Under the pieces are notes generated by a model that saw only the letters and a program-made list of their open reading frames with translations, was not told where the DNA came from and searched no databases. DNA of 64,000 bases from Thermoproteota archaeon (GTDB taxonomy: Archaea > Asgardarchaeota > Jordiarchaeia > Jordiarchaeales > Freyrarchaeaceae). Positions within the stretch are counted from its first letter, which is position 1; each line of letters starts with the position of its first letter. Shown here piece after piece: positions 50,840 to 61,168 of this stretch. The position numbers and the translations under genes are program-made. The DNA is taken from contig JAPDJY010000008.1 in NCBI GenBank assembly GCA_029258835.1, forward strand, positions 1 through 64,000, written 5' to 3'.

Positions 50840-52084
50840 TTGCCTAGGAAGAAAGCCCTTTTCATAGTTGGCGATGGTATGGCTGACCGGCCAAACTCCC
50901 TTTTGAACGGCTTAACACCATTAGAGGCTGCATCCACCCCGGGAATGGATAAGTTAGCTGAAGTTGGAATGTGTGGAATCGTCGACGTAATTTCCCCTGG
51001 TGTTCCTCCTGGAAGCGACGTCGCCCACCTATCCCTTTTTGGCTACGACCCTTACAAGGTTTACAGGGGGCGAGGCGGGTTAGAAGCTCTAGGCGCTGGT
51101 ATTGAAATACGGGAAAGCGATGTGGCTTTTAGGGCAAATTTTGCAACGGTTGATGAAGACATGACGGTGCTGGATAGGCGGGCTGGACGAATTCTTCCGG
51201 AAGGAGACGAGCTGGCTGCTGCCCTTAACGGTTACAGGCCGAAAGTGGCGCCAGACGTTACCGTGCTAGTTAACCATACAACGGAGCACAGATGCGTCGT
51301 CGTCTTAAGAGGGGAGAAACTCTCCCACATGGTCTCTGACACCGACCCGCATAAGAATAAAAGAGTTTTAGAGGCTATGCCATTAGATGGCAGCCCAGAA
51401 GCTAAGAAAACTGCGATGATAGTTAATGAGTTTACACGTTACTCCTATGAAGTACTCAGCAACCATCCAGCTAATTTAAAGAGGGTTAAGGAGGGGAAAC
51501 CTCAGGCTAACATACTTATTCTTAGGGGGGCTGGAAGAGTACCCGATATGGCTTCCCTCAGAGATCTATATGGTCTGAAGTGTGCATGCATTGTGGCTAA
51601 TGCATTGGTTAGAGGCGTGTGCAGGGCAGCTGGAATGGATGCCATAGACGTCAAAGGTGTAACCGGCAGCTTCGACACAGACTTAACCGCTATGGGCAAC
51701 GCTGCCCTAAGACTTTTAGACGAGTACGACCTTGTATTCTTACATGTTAAGGGAACCGATAGTGCAAGCCATGATGGAGATGTGGGGAAAAAAATTGCTA
51801 TGATTGAAAAAATCGACGGGATGATAAGCTTCATTCTCGAAGCCGTAGACCTTGAAAACACGTATATAGTGTTAACGAGTGACCATACCACCCCCGTTAC
51901 TGTAAGGGAGCATACTGGAGAGCCTGTTCCGGTAGTGATCGCTGGCTTAGACGTCAGGGTTGACGAAGTCAAAAGGTTTAGCGAACGCGATTGTGCTAGA
52001 GGAGTACTCGGACGGTTAAGGGGGCGTGACATTATGCCAATATTAATTGATTACCTTGGGAGGTCACATAAATATGGTGCATAA
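50840..52084 (+). CDS. apgM: 2,3-bisphosphoglycerate-independent phosphoglycerate mutase, archaeal type.
   Basis: N-terminal motif KKALFIVGDGMADRP and full-length aPGAM homology. The start is a TTG at 50840 with a GGTGG Shine-Dalgarno sequence 5 nt upstream. Confidence 0.85.
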   Translation: MPRKKALFIVGDGMADRPNSLLNGLTPLEAASTPGMDKLAEVGMCGIVDVISPGVPPGSDVAHLSLFGYDPYKVYRGRGGLEALGAGIEIRESDVAFRANFATVDEDMTVLDRRAGRILPEGDELAAALNGYRPKVAPDVTVLVNHTTEHRCVVVLRGEKLSHMVSDTDPHKNKRVLEAMPLDGSPEAKKTAMIVNEFTRYSYEVLSNHPANLKRVKEGKPQANILILRGAGRVPDMASLRDLYGLKCACIVANALVRGVCRAAGMDAIDVKGVTGSFDTDLTAMGNAALRLLDEYDLVFLHVKGTDSASHDGDVGKKIAMIEKIDGMISFILEAVDLENTYIVLTSDHTTPVTVREHTGEPVPVVIAGLDVRVDEVKRFSERDCARGVLGRLRGRDIMPILIDYLGRSHKYGA

Positions 52085-52101
52085 ATGCTAAACAATGCTT
52101 G

Positions 52102-53115
52102 TTAAGAGGGGGTTGAGATCTGATATTTTTCACGGATTTTTTTTGCTGCTTCTTCCTGGATCCCCAGTAGCTGCCTTACGATCTGTTCTCCTTTTTCAGG
52201 GCTTGGGATGGTGAAGCTTTTGAAACCACATTGAGGCGTTATGAGGGAGTTTTCAATTAAACTTTTCACATCTACTTTCTCCATCATTTTTTTAAGTCCC
52301 AACTCGATTTTTTCAACTATTTCCTGTGGACTCGGAAGAAATTCCTCAGGAGTCAACATTCCCTTTTGAACATTATAGATGGCGTCCTCTCCAAATAGTG
52401 CTTCGGGAGTGTTCGGCATCACGCCGAACGCGAACCCTCTTCCATTCTCCACGTGTTCTCTTATTTTACTTTTATCTGCCATCTCCAACGTTTTAGGGTA
52501 TTTTAGCATGTCAAAGGAGAAGTAGTCTACCTCAAGGTCGATCAACATGTCTATTACCGCGACCGGCTCGTCGCACACGTGAACTCCTTTCCTGCATTTA
52601 ATCCTTGCCAACGTTCTCTTTAGTGCTTCATTGACCTTTTCAAACTCGTATTCTTTGAGGACTAAAGGGAGAAGCGGTTCATCTATGAAAAGTATCGCCA
52701 ATGCGTCTTTCCCCGCTGTTCTCCTAGTAATCTTCATTATTTCAGAGGAGAGCCAAGATGCGACTTCGCACGTTGTCTTTAATATTATGTCGAAAATTTC
52801 CTCATCGTAGATCGCCTTCTTTCTCCCAGGTAAGATTGTGACGCTATACGCTTCGGTGATAGGGCCAGTTAGCTCCCCCTTCACCCCCCAAACGTCCAAG
52901 TTTGTCTCCTCTAGTGCTTCTTTAAGTACGTGAAGTCCTTCTATAAATCTGCGCTCTACCGCCATTCCCGAAGGAGCTAAGTGCATAGACTTCAATTTAA
53001 GCTCGCCTTTGAATCTTTGGAGCTCCTTTGCTTTCTCTACGCTTGTTAAATCTAAGAACGTGGCTCCTTTCTTGAGCAACAATCCTGGTATTACATTATG
53101 GAACTGGTATATCAT
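52102..53115 (-). CDS. MetE C-terminal-domain-like (URO-D/MetE fold) methyltransferase-family protein. The conserved N-terminus extends upstream to 53238 without a canonical start codon.
   Basis: In-frame upstream translation gives SIFFASTGIGSHPVKD, resembling the MetE-like N-terminal TTxxGSxP motif, between a TAA stop and the first ATG. A GAGGAGGG Shine-Dalgarno sequence lies 4-8 nt upstream of the AGT-ATT codons. Confidence 0.45.
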   Translation of the reverse strand: MIYQFHNVIPGLLLKKGATFLDLTSVEKAKELQRFKGELKLKSMHLAPSGMAVERRFIEGLHVLKEALEETNLDVWGVKGELTGPITEAYSVTILPGRKKAIYDEEIFDIILKTTCEVASWLSSEIMKITRRTAGKDALAILFIDEPLLPLVLKEYEFEKVNEALKRTLARIKCRKGVHVCDEPVAVIDMLIDLEVDYFSFDMLKYPKTLEMADKSKIREHVENGRGFAFGVMPNTPEALFGEDAIYNVQKGMLTPEEFLPSPQEIVEKIELGLKKMMEKVDVKSLIENSLITPQCGFKSFTIPSPEKGEQIVRQLLGIQEEAAKKIREKYQISTPS

Positions 53116-53511
53116 GTTATCGTCGACGGATTGTGGAACATAAGGTACTTTCGTACCAGACTCTAGAATGTCTTTAACAATTGTTTGGAAGTCCTTTACT
53201 GGATGGCTTCCAATACCGGTAGAAGCAAAGAAAATACTTTAACCCTCCTCTTGTTGATCTTACTCCATTGAAGACCGTAATTATGCCTTTAAAACTTTCC
53301 TTTATCTACCTACAATATCTACCTACAATAAAAGCCTCCTTTCCGTATTCCCTTCAGGCCTTCCTTATCTTTTCACAACTCCTTCTTCATACTACCTTAC
53401 TTTCCGTCTAAAAGCTCATTAAGGAGAATGATAAAAAATTTTTTAGTTCCAATGGGAAATGGGATGTTGACTTTTAATTAGACTTCATAGCTGTGAAGGA
53501 GGGTGTGCAGA

Positions 53512-54753
53512 GTGAGCAAGAGCTTTTTCACTTTAGATGATTTTTCCTTTGACGGGAAAACCACGCTTGTCCGGATTGATATCAATGCTCCCGTAGATCC
53601 CGAAACAGGCGTTCCTAAAGATGTAACTAAGATCGAGCGTCATGGTAAAACTTTGCTAGAACTTTCAGAAAAAGGAGCGAAGGTTGTTGTTCTTTCTCAC
53701 CAGGGACGTAAGGGTGAAAGGGACTTTGTATCGCTTAAGGAGCATGCAAGGCTTGCTAATGAAATCCTCGGAATTGAAGTCAAGTATGTCGATGACGTGT
53801 GCGGCGAGAAAGCGGTTAGTGCGATTAAAAGTTTAAGAGACGGTGAGGTTCTGCTTCTGGAAAACGTGAGGTTTATTGATGAGGAAACTAGTGTAAAAAC
53901 AATCGAGGAACAGTTGAAAACCGACTTGGTTAGGAATTTATCTAGCGTTTCCGATATCTATGTTAATGATGCTTTCCCGGCTGCACATCGTACCCATACG
54001 TCCCTCATCGCCTTCACAGAGGTTTTGCCATCTGCAGCGGGAAGGGTGATGGAAGCCGAGATAAAGGCGTTATCTTCCATAATGGATAACCCTGAAAGAC
54101 CTTGTGTTTATCTTCTTGGAGGGGCGAAGGTTGACGACAGTTTCAAGGTTGCGGAACACGCTTTAGAACTAGGAATTGCTGATAAGGTGCTGCCTGTAGG
54201 CTTACTGGCAATTCTAATGGTTCACGCTAAAGGTGTGGACATAGGCGACGTCAATAGACAATTAATAGATTCTAAGGGTGGATTTGGCTACCTAGATAAA
54301 ATGCGCAAGTTAATAGACCGTTTTAATGACAAAATAGAGGTCCCTGCTGACTTTGCGATCGAGGAGAATAATGAACGGGTGGAGGTGACGGTTGATAGCT
54401 TCCCGGTAAATGCACCTGTCAAGGATATAGGTGAAGAAACTATTTCTAAGTTTAAAGAAGTGCTGCTTGATGCGAGAACAATAGTGGTTAATGGGCCAGC
54501 TGGCGTTTACGAAGACGAACGGTTCAGTAAAGGTACAGTGGAGCTTTTTAAAGCTGTTGGTGATTCACGTGCATTCTCCCTCGCTGGAGGAGGCCATACG
54601 CTTGAAGCCTTAAAGAAATTCGGTTTAGATTCGAAGATAAGTTACGTGAGTACTGGCGGGAAGGCCATGTTAGCTCTTCTTGCAGGAGAAAGTCTTCCGG
54701 CGATAGAGGCACTTAAGAAGGCATACTTAAGGTCCCTTCAAAGCAGAGTGTAA
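53512..54753 (+). CDS. pgk: Phosphoglycerate kinase.
   Basis: Full-length PGK homology. The start is a GTG at 53512, 9 nt after a GAAGGAGGG Shine-Dalgarno sequence. Confidence 0.9.
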   Translation: MSKSFFTLDDFSFDGKTTLVRIDINAPVDPETGVPKDVTKIERHGKTLLELSEKGAKVVVLSHQGRKGERDFVSLKEHARLANEILGIEVKYVDDVCGEKAVSAIKSLRDGEVLLLENVRFIDEETSVKTIEEQLKTDLVRNLSSVSDIYVNDAFPAAHRTHTSLIAFTEVLPSAAGRVMEAEIKALSSIMDNPERPCVYLLGGAKVDDSFKVAEHALELGIADKVLPVGLLAILMVHAKGVDIGDVNRQLIDSKGGFGYLDKMRKLIDRFNDKIEVPADFAIEENNERVEVTVDSFPVNAPVKDIGEETISKFKEVLLDARTIVVNGPAGVYEDERFSKGTVELFKAVGDSRAFSLAGGGHTLEALKKFGLDSKISYVSTGGKAMLALLAGESLPAIEALKKAYLRSLQSRV

Positions 54754-54774
54754 TATGGTCTATGTGCCTCTTTT

Positions 54775-57246
54775 TTAAGCTGTGACGACGTGGACTGTTT
54801 CTTCCGTCTGTTCAACATAACCTTTTTCTCTCATACTCTTCACGAGTTCCTCGGCTTCTTTTATCTTAATCTTTAGCTTAGTTGCAATCTGGTTGACGGT
54901 TACCGCACCCTTGCTTGCTATCCATGATAAAAGCTCATTTATCTCTTGGCCTTCAAGCTCTATTCTCTCCCTGTTAAAAAGGTACGGGTGATATCTCCTG
55001 TTGTGTTGTTCCACCTCTACAGGAGAGACTTGGATTGCCTTATATTCTTCTGTAATTATAGGGAAGGGATATGGGAAGTCGGGGAGTTTAACCACGGCTG
55101 AACGGTTAGGCTGTGTAAGTAGATACTCTCTTTGGTCTTCAGGAATGTTTAAACTCATTCTTATAAATTCCTCCTCAGATTGGGACTTAAATGTAAGCCT
55201 AAAGGCTATTTTAGTGTTACAATTTGCAAGTGCTATACGTGAAACGGACGGATCCTGGCAAACCAAGATCAACCCCTGCCCCTTTCCTCTTTCTATCGTG
55301 ATCATGTCCTCTACAGCCGTGGTATCGCTAGTGCTACGTCTAGTGAAGACTTCTGGAATCAGAAGTCTTGCATCGTCGATTACAACCAAGTGCGTTAGCG
55401 TGTTAATGTTCATGCGTTTTAAGCCTGCTTGGAAAACATGCAGCATCAACAGGTTCATTATGATCTGCGCATCCTCTTTTGTTCCGCCATTGGATAAAAG
55501 ATAGCTAAAATCAACTATTACAACTTTCTGCAAAAGGTCTTCCACATCTAAGTTTGAGCTTTCAACGTTAAACACTTCTCCAAGCGTCCCTCGACGGAGA
55601 ACGTTCATTCTTGCCTCTAAAGCGTTAATGGTGCTGAGTATGTTAGGGATGTGACTGCTTCTTTTCGCGTATTCCTTAAGTGCGTCAACAAACCCATTAA
55701 AACTTCTGGTTTCCTCTCTTTTCACGGTTTCAGTTAGTACTTCGCCTAAAACCTTTGACATTTGGATCGTTAACTCGCTGTCCTCTCTAAACAGGGATTT
55801 GAAAATGGTGTTTAAAAGTCCAAGGAGGCGCTTAGCGTATTCTTCAGGGTCCATCTCTCCCGGCTCGAACAAGTTTATCTTTAAGGGTGCATAGGTGCTG
55901 CCGGGTCTTAAAACCATAAGTTTCTCGAGAAAGGCGGGTGGTAGGTCCCTTATTAAGGATGCAAACTCCCCTTTACTCTCGAAGACGAGAACTGGAATAT
56001 TGTATCTAGCTACAGCATCACGTACTATTTTCATTACCATTCGCGTTTTACCGCTTCCGATGGCTCCTAAGACGGCGACGCCCTTCCTAATGTCGCTTAG
56101 CCTGATGACGCATGGGAAAATTTTCCGTTTTCCATAAGTAACTTTGCCTACAACCACTCCCTGTTTCCTCTTAAATATGTCCTCGGGAGGAACTTTAAAG
56201 TCTGGTTTAACCTCAAAGAGCAGTCCTGGAGTGCTTTTCATCGGTAAGTGGGTTAAAACAGAAAGCTTTGGACTTGAAAGCTCGAAGGATCCTCCAATAG
56301 ACCTCTTCAATGCAATGTTAACAATACTTTTCCTAATCTTCCTCCCACTTAAGGTTTTAATTTCCAACTTACTTCTTGACCCAGAAAAAATAGTTGAAAA
56401 AATGTTCTTAACTTGTAGGATCCTGATGTCTGATTCATCGTTGTTTTCAACTTCCAAAACTACGTAGGACGATACTTCCCATAACCCTAATTCACTTTCT
56501 AAAGGAGATTTCTCTTCCTTCCTCTCGATCTTCCTTTTCAAATGCTTAAAAAACCCCTTTAGAGGCCTAAAGGATACTATGAATCTCGCGTTAACACCTA
56601 ACTGGATAAGATTCCTAAGCAACGCGTCTATCTGGGTCATTCCCTTATAAACAGATGCTTCAACATCACCTGAAAGCTTTAACACACAAATGCACTTTTC
56701 CCCATCAGGAAGTTTAACTCTTACAGACTTCCCCTCGGTTCTAACCACTTTTCCCTTATAAAGCCTAAAAATTTCATTAAAGTCTCTGGGTTCAGGAAAC
56801 GAAATGACTATTCCAGGAAAACGTGCTTCGAGACCTGATTTAACCGAGAATATTTTCTTTTTCAGATCCTTGAATGCTTCAGCCGGTGAAAGCCCCTTAC
56901 CAAAAACATGGAAAAGGATCGCCACTGACCTTTTAGATACGCTTAATTCGTAGCTTACACTGTCAACGTCATGCCACATAGAGAGCAAATGCTGGAAAGG
57001 GTAAGTGTTCAGGGAGTGGTCTAAAACTATTACGCCTCCGACCGTACTATTATTTTGGCTGAGGTAAACGGGTAGCCGTTCAACTCTAAGAGACGAAACC
57101 ATCCACCACCTGAACCTTTTAAAGTAGGCTCCCCTACTAAGTACGCCGTAACGTAACCTGAAGAACCTAAGATAAGCGTGAATGAACAATGAAAACATGA
57201 TCACAACAACGGCTAATTGGGAATGGACAGATAAAGATAATGTCAA
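54775..57246 (-). CDS. Membrane-anchored HerA/FtsK-superfamily (DUF87-like) ATPase with a C-terminal winged helix.
   Basis: N-terminal TM helix, Walker A GAIGSGKT, Walker-B-like VVIDDAR, and a C-terminal wHTH (…VNQIATKLKIKIKEAEELVKSMREKGYV…). Confidence 0.55.
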   Translation of the reverse strand: MTLSLSVHSQLAVVVIMFSLFIHAYLRFFRLRYGVLSRGAYFKRFRWWMVSSLRVERLPVYLSQNNSTVGGVIVLDHSLNTYPFQHLLSMWHDVDSVSYELSVSKRSVAILFHVFGKGLSPAEAFKDLKKKIFSVKSGLEARFPGIVISFPEPRDFNEIFRLYKGKVVRTEGKSVRVKLPDGEKCICVLKLSGDVEASVYKGMTQIDALLRNLIQLGVNARFIVSFRPLKGFFKHLKRKIERKEEKSPLESELGLWEVSSYVVLEVENNDESDIRILQVKNIFSTIFSGSRSKLEIKTLSGRKIRKSIVNIALKRSIGGSFELSSPKLSVLTHLPMKSTPGLLFEVKPDFKVPPEDIFKRKQGVVVGKVTYGKRKIFPCVIRLSDIRKGVAVLGAIGSGKTRMVMKIVRDAVARYNIPVLVFESKGEFASLIRDLPPAFLEKLMVLRPGSTYAPLKINLFEPGEMDPEEYAKRLLGLLNTIFKSLFREDSELTIQMSKVLGEVLTETVKREETRSFNGFVDALKEYAKRSSHIPNILSTINALEARMNVLRRGTLGEVFNVESSNLDVEDLLQKVVIVDFSYLLSNGGTKEDAQIIMNLLMLHVFQAGLKRMNINTLTHLVVIDDARLLIPEVFTRRSTSDTTAVEDMITIERGKGQGLILVCQDPSVSRIALANCNTKIAFRLTFKSQSEEEFIRMSLNIPEDQREYLLTQPNRSAVVKLPDFPYPFPIITEEYKAIQVSPVEVEQHNRRYHPYLFNRERIELEGQEINELLSWIASKGAVTVNQIATKLKIKIKEAEELVKSMREKGYVEQTEETVHVVTA

Positions 57247-57499
57247 TTTTTAACCCCTCCTAAAAGTATGATGTGTAGAAACCCTAATAATCTCCACAAA
57301 AATACGCTTCAAAAAAGGAAATGTGGAATTCCGGACATCGCCTACATTTTTCATTTACCGATGTTCATTCAGCGCGCGAAATCCTAGCTGGAGAGCGTCC
57401 GGCAATGTTATTTATACTCTAATTAACCTGTCCTTCTCGAAAGTTTAATTAAAAGTCATGTATGATGAAGTCTTCGAAAGTTAACTGAAGGGAGGAAAA

Positions 57500-58303
57500 T
57501 TGCAGGTTAAAGACGTTATGACTAGAGATTTAATCGTCATTGATAAGGACGTCTCACTTTCGCATGCAATAGATTTAATGGTGAAAAACAGAGTTTCAAG
57601 GCTTCTTGTTATAAACAAAGGAAAACTTGTTGGAATTTTAACCGAGAGAGACATACTTGACAGGTTAGGTTCAAGCAGGATCGGAGCTCTTCAAGCATCC
57701 AGCATACATGTCTCAAGTGCAATGACCATGAACCCGGTAACCGTTACACCCGACACCGACGTAATAGACACTGCAAAGATAATGCTAGAGAAAAAGATTT
57801 CAGGCCTTCCAGTATTAGAAGGAGGCGACCTCGTAGGAATCATTACTAAGTCCACGATGACGAAACTATGTATTAAAGTTAGAAATGTTGCGGTATCGCA
57901 GATTATGACCGAAAACCCTCTAACAGTTTCGCCTTATGAAAGGATAACAAACGTGAGGCGCATCATGCTCGAAAAAGGAATAAGCAGCTTGCCCGTAACC
58001 GAGGAGGGTAAGCTAGTTGGACTGATAACCGAAGGAATGATAGCTAAGTACTTAGCTGACTTCCGCAGCAGCGTTCCAGAAAAGTATCAGACAACCCGTA
58101 TAAGACAAATAGACGTTTTGGATGTAATGAGGAAAATAACTCCCCTTCATCCAGACGATCCGGTTGGCGACGCAGCGGAAAAATTAATTAGAGAGAAAAC
58201 TAAGGCTGCGCCGGTAATGGACAGGAGAGAAAAACTGGTTGGAATAGTGACAAAAACTGACTTTACTCGTTTAGTAGCTAATAGGTTTTTCCCTCTTAAA
58301 TAA
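57500..58303 (+). CDS. CBS-domain protein with four tandem CBS domains.
   Basis: Repeated V(M)TxxxxxVxxxxxxxxAxxxMxxxxxxxLPV pattern. A TTG start follows a GGAGG Shine-Dalgarno sequence. Confidence 0.8.
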   Translation: MQVKDVMTRDLIVIDKDVSLSHAIDLMVKNRVSRLLVINKGKLVGILTERDILDRLGSSRIGALQASSIHVSSAMTMNPVTVTPDTDVIDTAKIMLEKKISGLPVLEGGDLVGIITKSTMTKLCIKVRNVAVSQIMTENPLTVSPYERITNVRRIMLEKGISSLPVTEEGKLVGLITEGMIAKYLADFRSSVPEKYQTTRIRQIDVLDVMRKITPLHPDDPVGDAAEKLIREKTKAAPVMDRREKLVGIVTKTDFTRLVANRFFPLK

Positions 58304-58335
58304 GTTTAATAGTTCATTTTACTGAATGGGATACC

Positions 58336-59628
58336 ATGACCTTAGACTTACTCATAAGAAATGCTACCTTCCCTTGGAGAGGTCAGTTCGTTAAAGGCAA
58401 CATAGCGGTAAGGTCAGGGAAAATAGTGAAGCTCTTCAGAGGGTCATGCACCGAGACTGCTGAGAGAGTGATAAACGCAGAAAACAGGGTAGTCCTTCCG
58501 GGCCTAATAGACGTCCATGTGCATTTAAGAGATTTAGAACAATCCTACAAGGAAGACTACCATACTGGGACGTGTGCTGCAGCGGCAGGAGGTATAACAA
58601 CAGTTTTAGACATGCCCAACACTAGGCCCAAGACGGATTCCGCCGAAGTTTTAAAATTTAAAAAGAAACTGGCTCAAGGAAAAGCCATGGTCAACGTAGG
58701 CTTCTTCTCGCTTTTTCCCTCCAGAATAGATGAGATACCTAAAATAATTGAGGAGGGAGCAGTCGCCTTCAAAGTGTATCCTCAAGACCCAGAATCTTGG
58801 CTTACAGGATCGCTGCCTGACCGCCTTAAGTCTGCCTCAAAATTCGGAAAGCCGGTAGCGGTACACCCCGAGGAAAAGGTCAAAGATGAGTACAACACAA
58901 TCCAGCAATTCCTCCAAGTACACAGCATTAACATAGAGTTCTCAGCAGTCATAAGGTACACGTTAGCAGCCGAAAGAGCGCAATGCCACCTCCACCTCTG
59001 CCACATTACCTCAAAGCGAACAGTGGAATACATACGTACGCTTAAAGCATCATATCCTCGCGTTTCCTGCGAGGTTACACCCCATCACCTTCTCTTAACA
59101 AGAAAGCACATAGAGGAAAAAGGAGCGCTGCTAAAGGTGCTCCCTCCCTTACGCGAGAATGAAGACCTAGAGTCCCTTTGGCTCGCCCTTAACCAAGGTA
59201 TAATAGACGTAATAGCAAGCGACCATGCTCCACACCAGAAAAGTGAGAAGGAAAAAAGCATTTCAGATGCGTCACCCGGCTTCCCAGGGTTAGAGACAAC
59301 TCTTTCATTGATGCTAACTCAGGTTAACGCCGGACGGATTTCCCTCAAAAGGCTAGTTGAGGTGCTCTCAGAGAACCCTGCAAAAATATTCAAGATTAAA
59401 AGTAAAGGAAAAATAGAGGAAGGGTACGATGCAGACCTTACAATAATAGACCTGAAAGCTAAAGGCAAGATAAATCCCGACAGCTTCTACTCGAAAGCAA
59501 AGTACTCTCCATTCGAAGGATGGACGGTTAAAGGGAAGCCTATAACCACAATAGTTAATGGCGTCGTGGTTATGGAGCATGGAGAAATAATTGCTCCTAA
59601 GGGAGTGGGAAGCGTGCTGACAACGTAA
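58336..59628 (+). CDS. pyrC: Dihydroorotase (cyclic amidohydrolase family).
   Basis: HxH metal motif DVHVHLRD and the amidohydrolase fold. Confidence 0.7.
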   Translation: MTLDLLIRNATFPWRGQFVKGNIAVRSGKIVKLFRGSCTETAERVINAENRVVLPGLIDVHVHLRDLEQSYKEDYHTGTCAAAAGGITTVLDMPNTRPKTDSAEVLKFKKKLAQGKAMVNVGFFSLFPSRIDEIPKIIEEGAVAFKVYPQDPESWLTGSLPDRLKSASKFGKPVAVHPEEKVKDEYNTIQQFLQVHSINIEFSAVIRYTLAAERAQCHLHLCHITSKRTVEYIRTLKASYPRVSCEVTPHHLLLTRKHIEEKGALLKVLPPLRENEDLESLWLALNQGIIDVIASDHAPHQKSEKEKSISDASPGFPGLETTLSLMLTQVNAGRISLKRLVEVLSENPAKIFKIKSKGKIEEGYDADLTIIDLKAKGKINPDSFYSKAKYSPFEGWTVKGKPITTIVNGVVVMEHGEIIAPKGVGSVLTT

Positions 59629-59730
59629 ACTTCAAAAAGGCGGTTACATGGCGCTTCTCGATTTCCAAAAAATTAAAAAACTACATCTATAAGATAGAAC
59701 CATCCGGTAAAAAATGGAGGAGGTACCACC

Positions 59731-60585
59731 TTGAGAAAAATCTCCCCTTTATACGTTCCAATAGACGCCACAAAAGAGGAAATAGAAAACCTTCTACCAT
59801 GCGAAATAGGAATCCTCGGAGGGACGGGGAACTACGACCCTGCAATATTCTCTATTGCAAAGGAGATAAAGGTATACACGCCCTACGGCCCCCCCTCAGA
59901 TAACATAATTGTCGGATTAGTTAAAGGGAGAAAGGTAGCTTTCCTAGCCAGACATGGACGTCACCACACGATCCCCCCTCACGAAATAAACTACCGCGCC
60001 AACATATGGGCGCTGAAAAGTCTCGGCGTTCAAAGAATAATATCTCCTGCAGCTTGCGGCAGCCTACAGCCAGAAACAATAAAACCTGGCGAATTCGTCA
60101 TAATAAACCAAATATTTGATAGGACGTTCGGCCAGAGGAAAGACACGTTCTTTGAAGGCGGAGTCGTCGGACACGTAGAATTCGCAGATCCATTCTGCCC
60201 AGAGCTTAGGAGAGTGATAATCGATTGCGCCCACGAGCTCGGATACAAAATACATGAAGAAGGAACCTATGTCTGCATAAACGGACCACGGTTTAGCACG
60301 AGAGCAGAGAGCCTCTTCTACAAAAATCAAGGATTCTCCGTGGTAGGGATGACCTGTTACCCCGAGTGCGTGCTGGCAAAAGAAGCAGAAATATGTTTTG
60401 CGTCCATCGCCATGCCAACGGACGTCGACGTCTATGGTTTACGTCCAGTCACGGCAGAACAGGTCGCTAAGAGCATGCGTGAAAACATTGAACGCGTAAG
60501 GAAACTCCTCTACAAAGTGATAGAAGTAATCCCTAAGGAGAGAAGCTGTTCCTGCGGTCGCGTTCTAGATTTCGCTCTCTACTAA
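59731..60585 (+). CDS. mtnP: 5'-methylthioadenosine/purine nucleoside phosphorylase.
   Basis: The PNP/MTAP motif GILGGTG, plus downstream conserved regions. Confidence 0.8.
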   Translation: MRKISPLYVPIDATKEEIENLLPCEIGILGGTGNYDPAIFSIAKEIKVYTPYGPPSDNIIVGLVKGRKVAFLARHGRHHTIPPHEINYRANIWALKSLGVQRIISPAACGSLQPETIKPGEFVIINQIFDRTFGQRKDTFFEGGVVGHVEFADPFCPELRRVIIDCAHELGYKIHEEGTYVCINGPRFSTRAESLFYKNQGFSVVGMTCYPECVLAKEAEICFASIAMPTDVDVYGLRPVTAEQVAKSMRENIERVRKLLYKVIEVIPKERSCSCGRVLDFALY

Positions 60586-60719
60586 ACCCCTCAAAAATCC
60601 ACGTTATATAACTTAACCAAAAACGCAAATATTACCCTTAAAACAACTCAGGTGCGGGAAAAATTTTTATTACAAATATGTTTTTTCCTCTCTTGCATAG
60701 TAGTGTAAAGGTGACATTA

Positions 60720-61028
60720 ATGCAAAAAACTGTGATTCAGCTTTCAAGTACAGACCACCGAAAGCTTGACGCTGTTTGCAACCAAATTAAGGAACTAGCT
60801 AAGAAGAGGGGTACACGGGTTTCAGGTCCAATTCCCTTGCCAACCAAACGGTTACGTGTCCCGGTACGTAAAGGCCCCTCAGGGCAGGGAACTGCCACAT
60901 GGGACAAATGGGAAATGCGCATTCATAAGCGCCTCATAGTCCTTCATGATCCGGATGAGCGCACTCTAAAACAGATAATGAGGATACGCATCCCTGAAGA
61001 AATATTTATTGAAATGTCCTTAAGATAG
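60720..61028 (+). CDS. rps10: 30S ribosomal protein S10 (uS10).
   Basis: The sequence MQKTVIQLSSTDHRKLDAVCNQI…GPIPLPTK… matches S10. Confidence 0.85.
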   Translation: MQKTVIQLSSTDHRKLDAVCNQIKELAKKRGTRVSGPIPLPTKRLRVPVRKGPSGQGTATWDKWEMRIHKRLIVLHDPDERTLKQIMRIRIPEEIFIEMSLR

Positions 61029-61168
61029 TTTAAAGTGGTTTAATCGTTAACCTCCTATTAACATGTTTAAGATGAAAGAAAATCGCAAAACCAAAACCTT
61101 CATAAAGGGATAGTTGCTTCTTTTTCCTCAACCCTTATGAGGGCTGAGCCTGAAGGAGGGATGAATCA

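Noticed and set aside
57440-57499. ATGATGA…CTGA, a C-box/D-box-like pair just upstream of the CBS gene.
   Set aside because: Only about 30 nt separate the boxes, and no C' or D' boxes or guide region exist. The CTGA is part of the Shine-Dalgarno region of the CBS gene.
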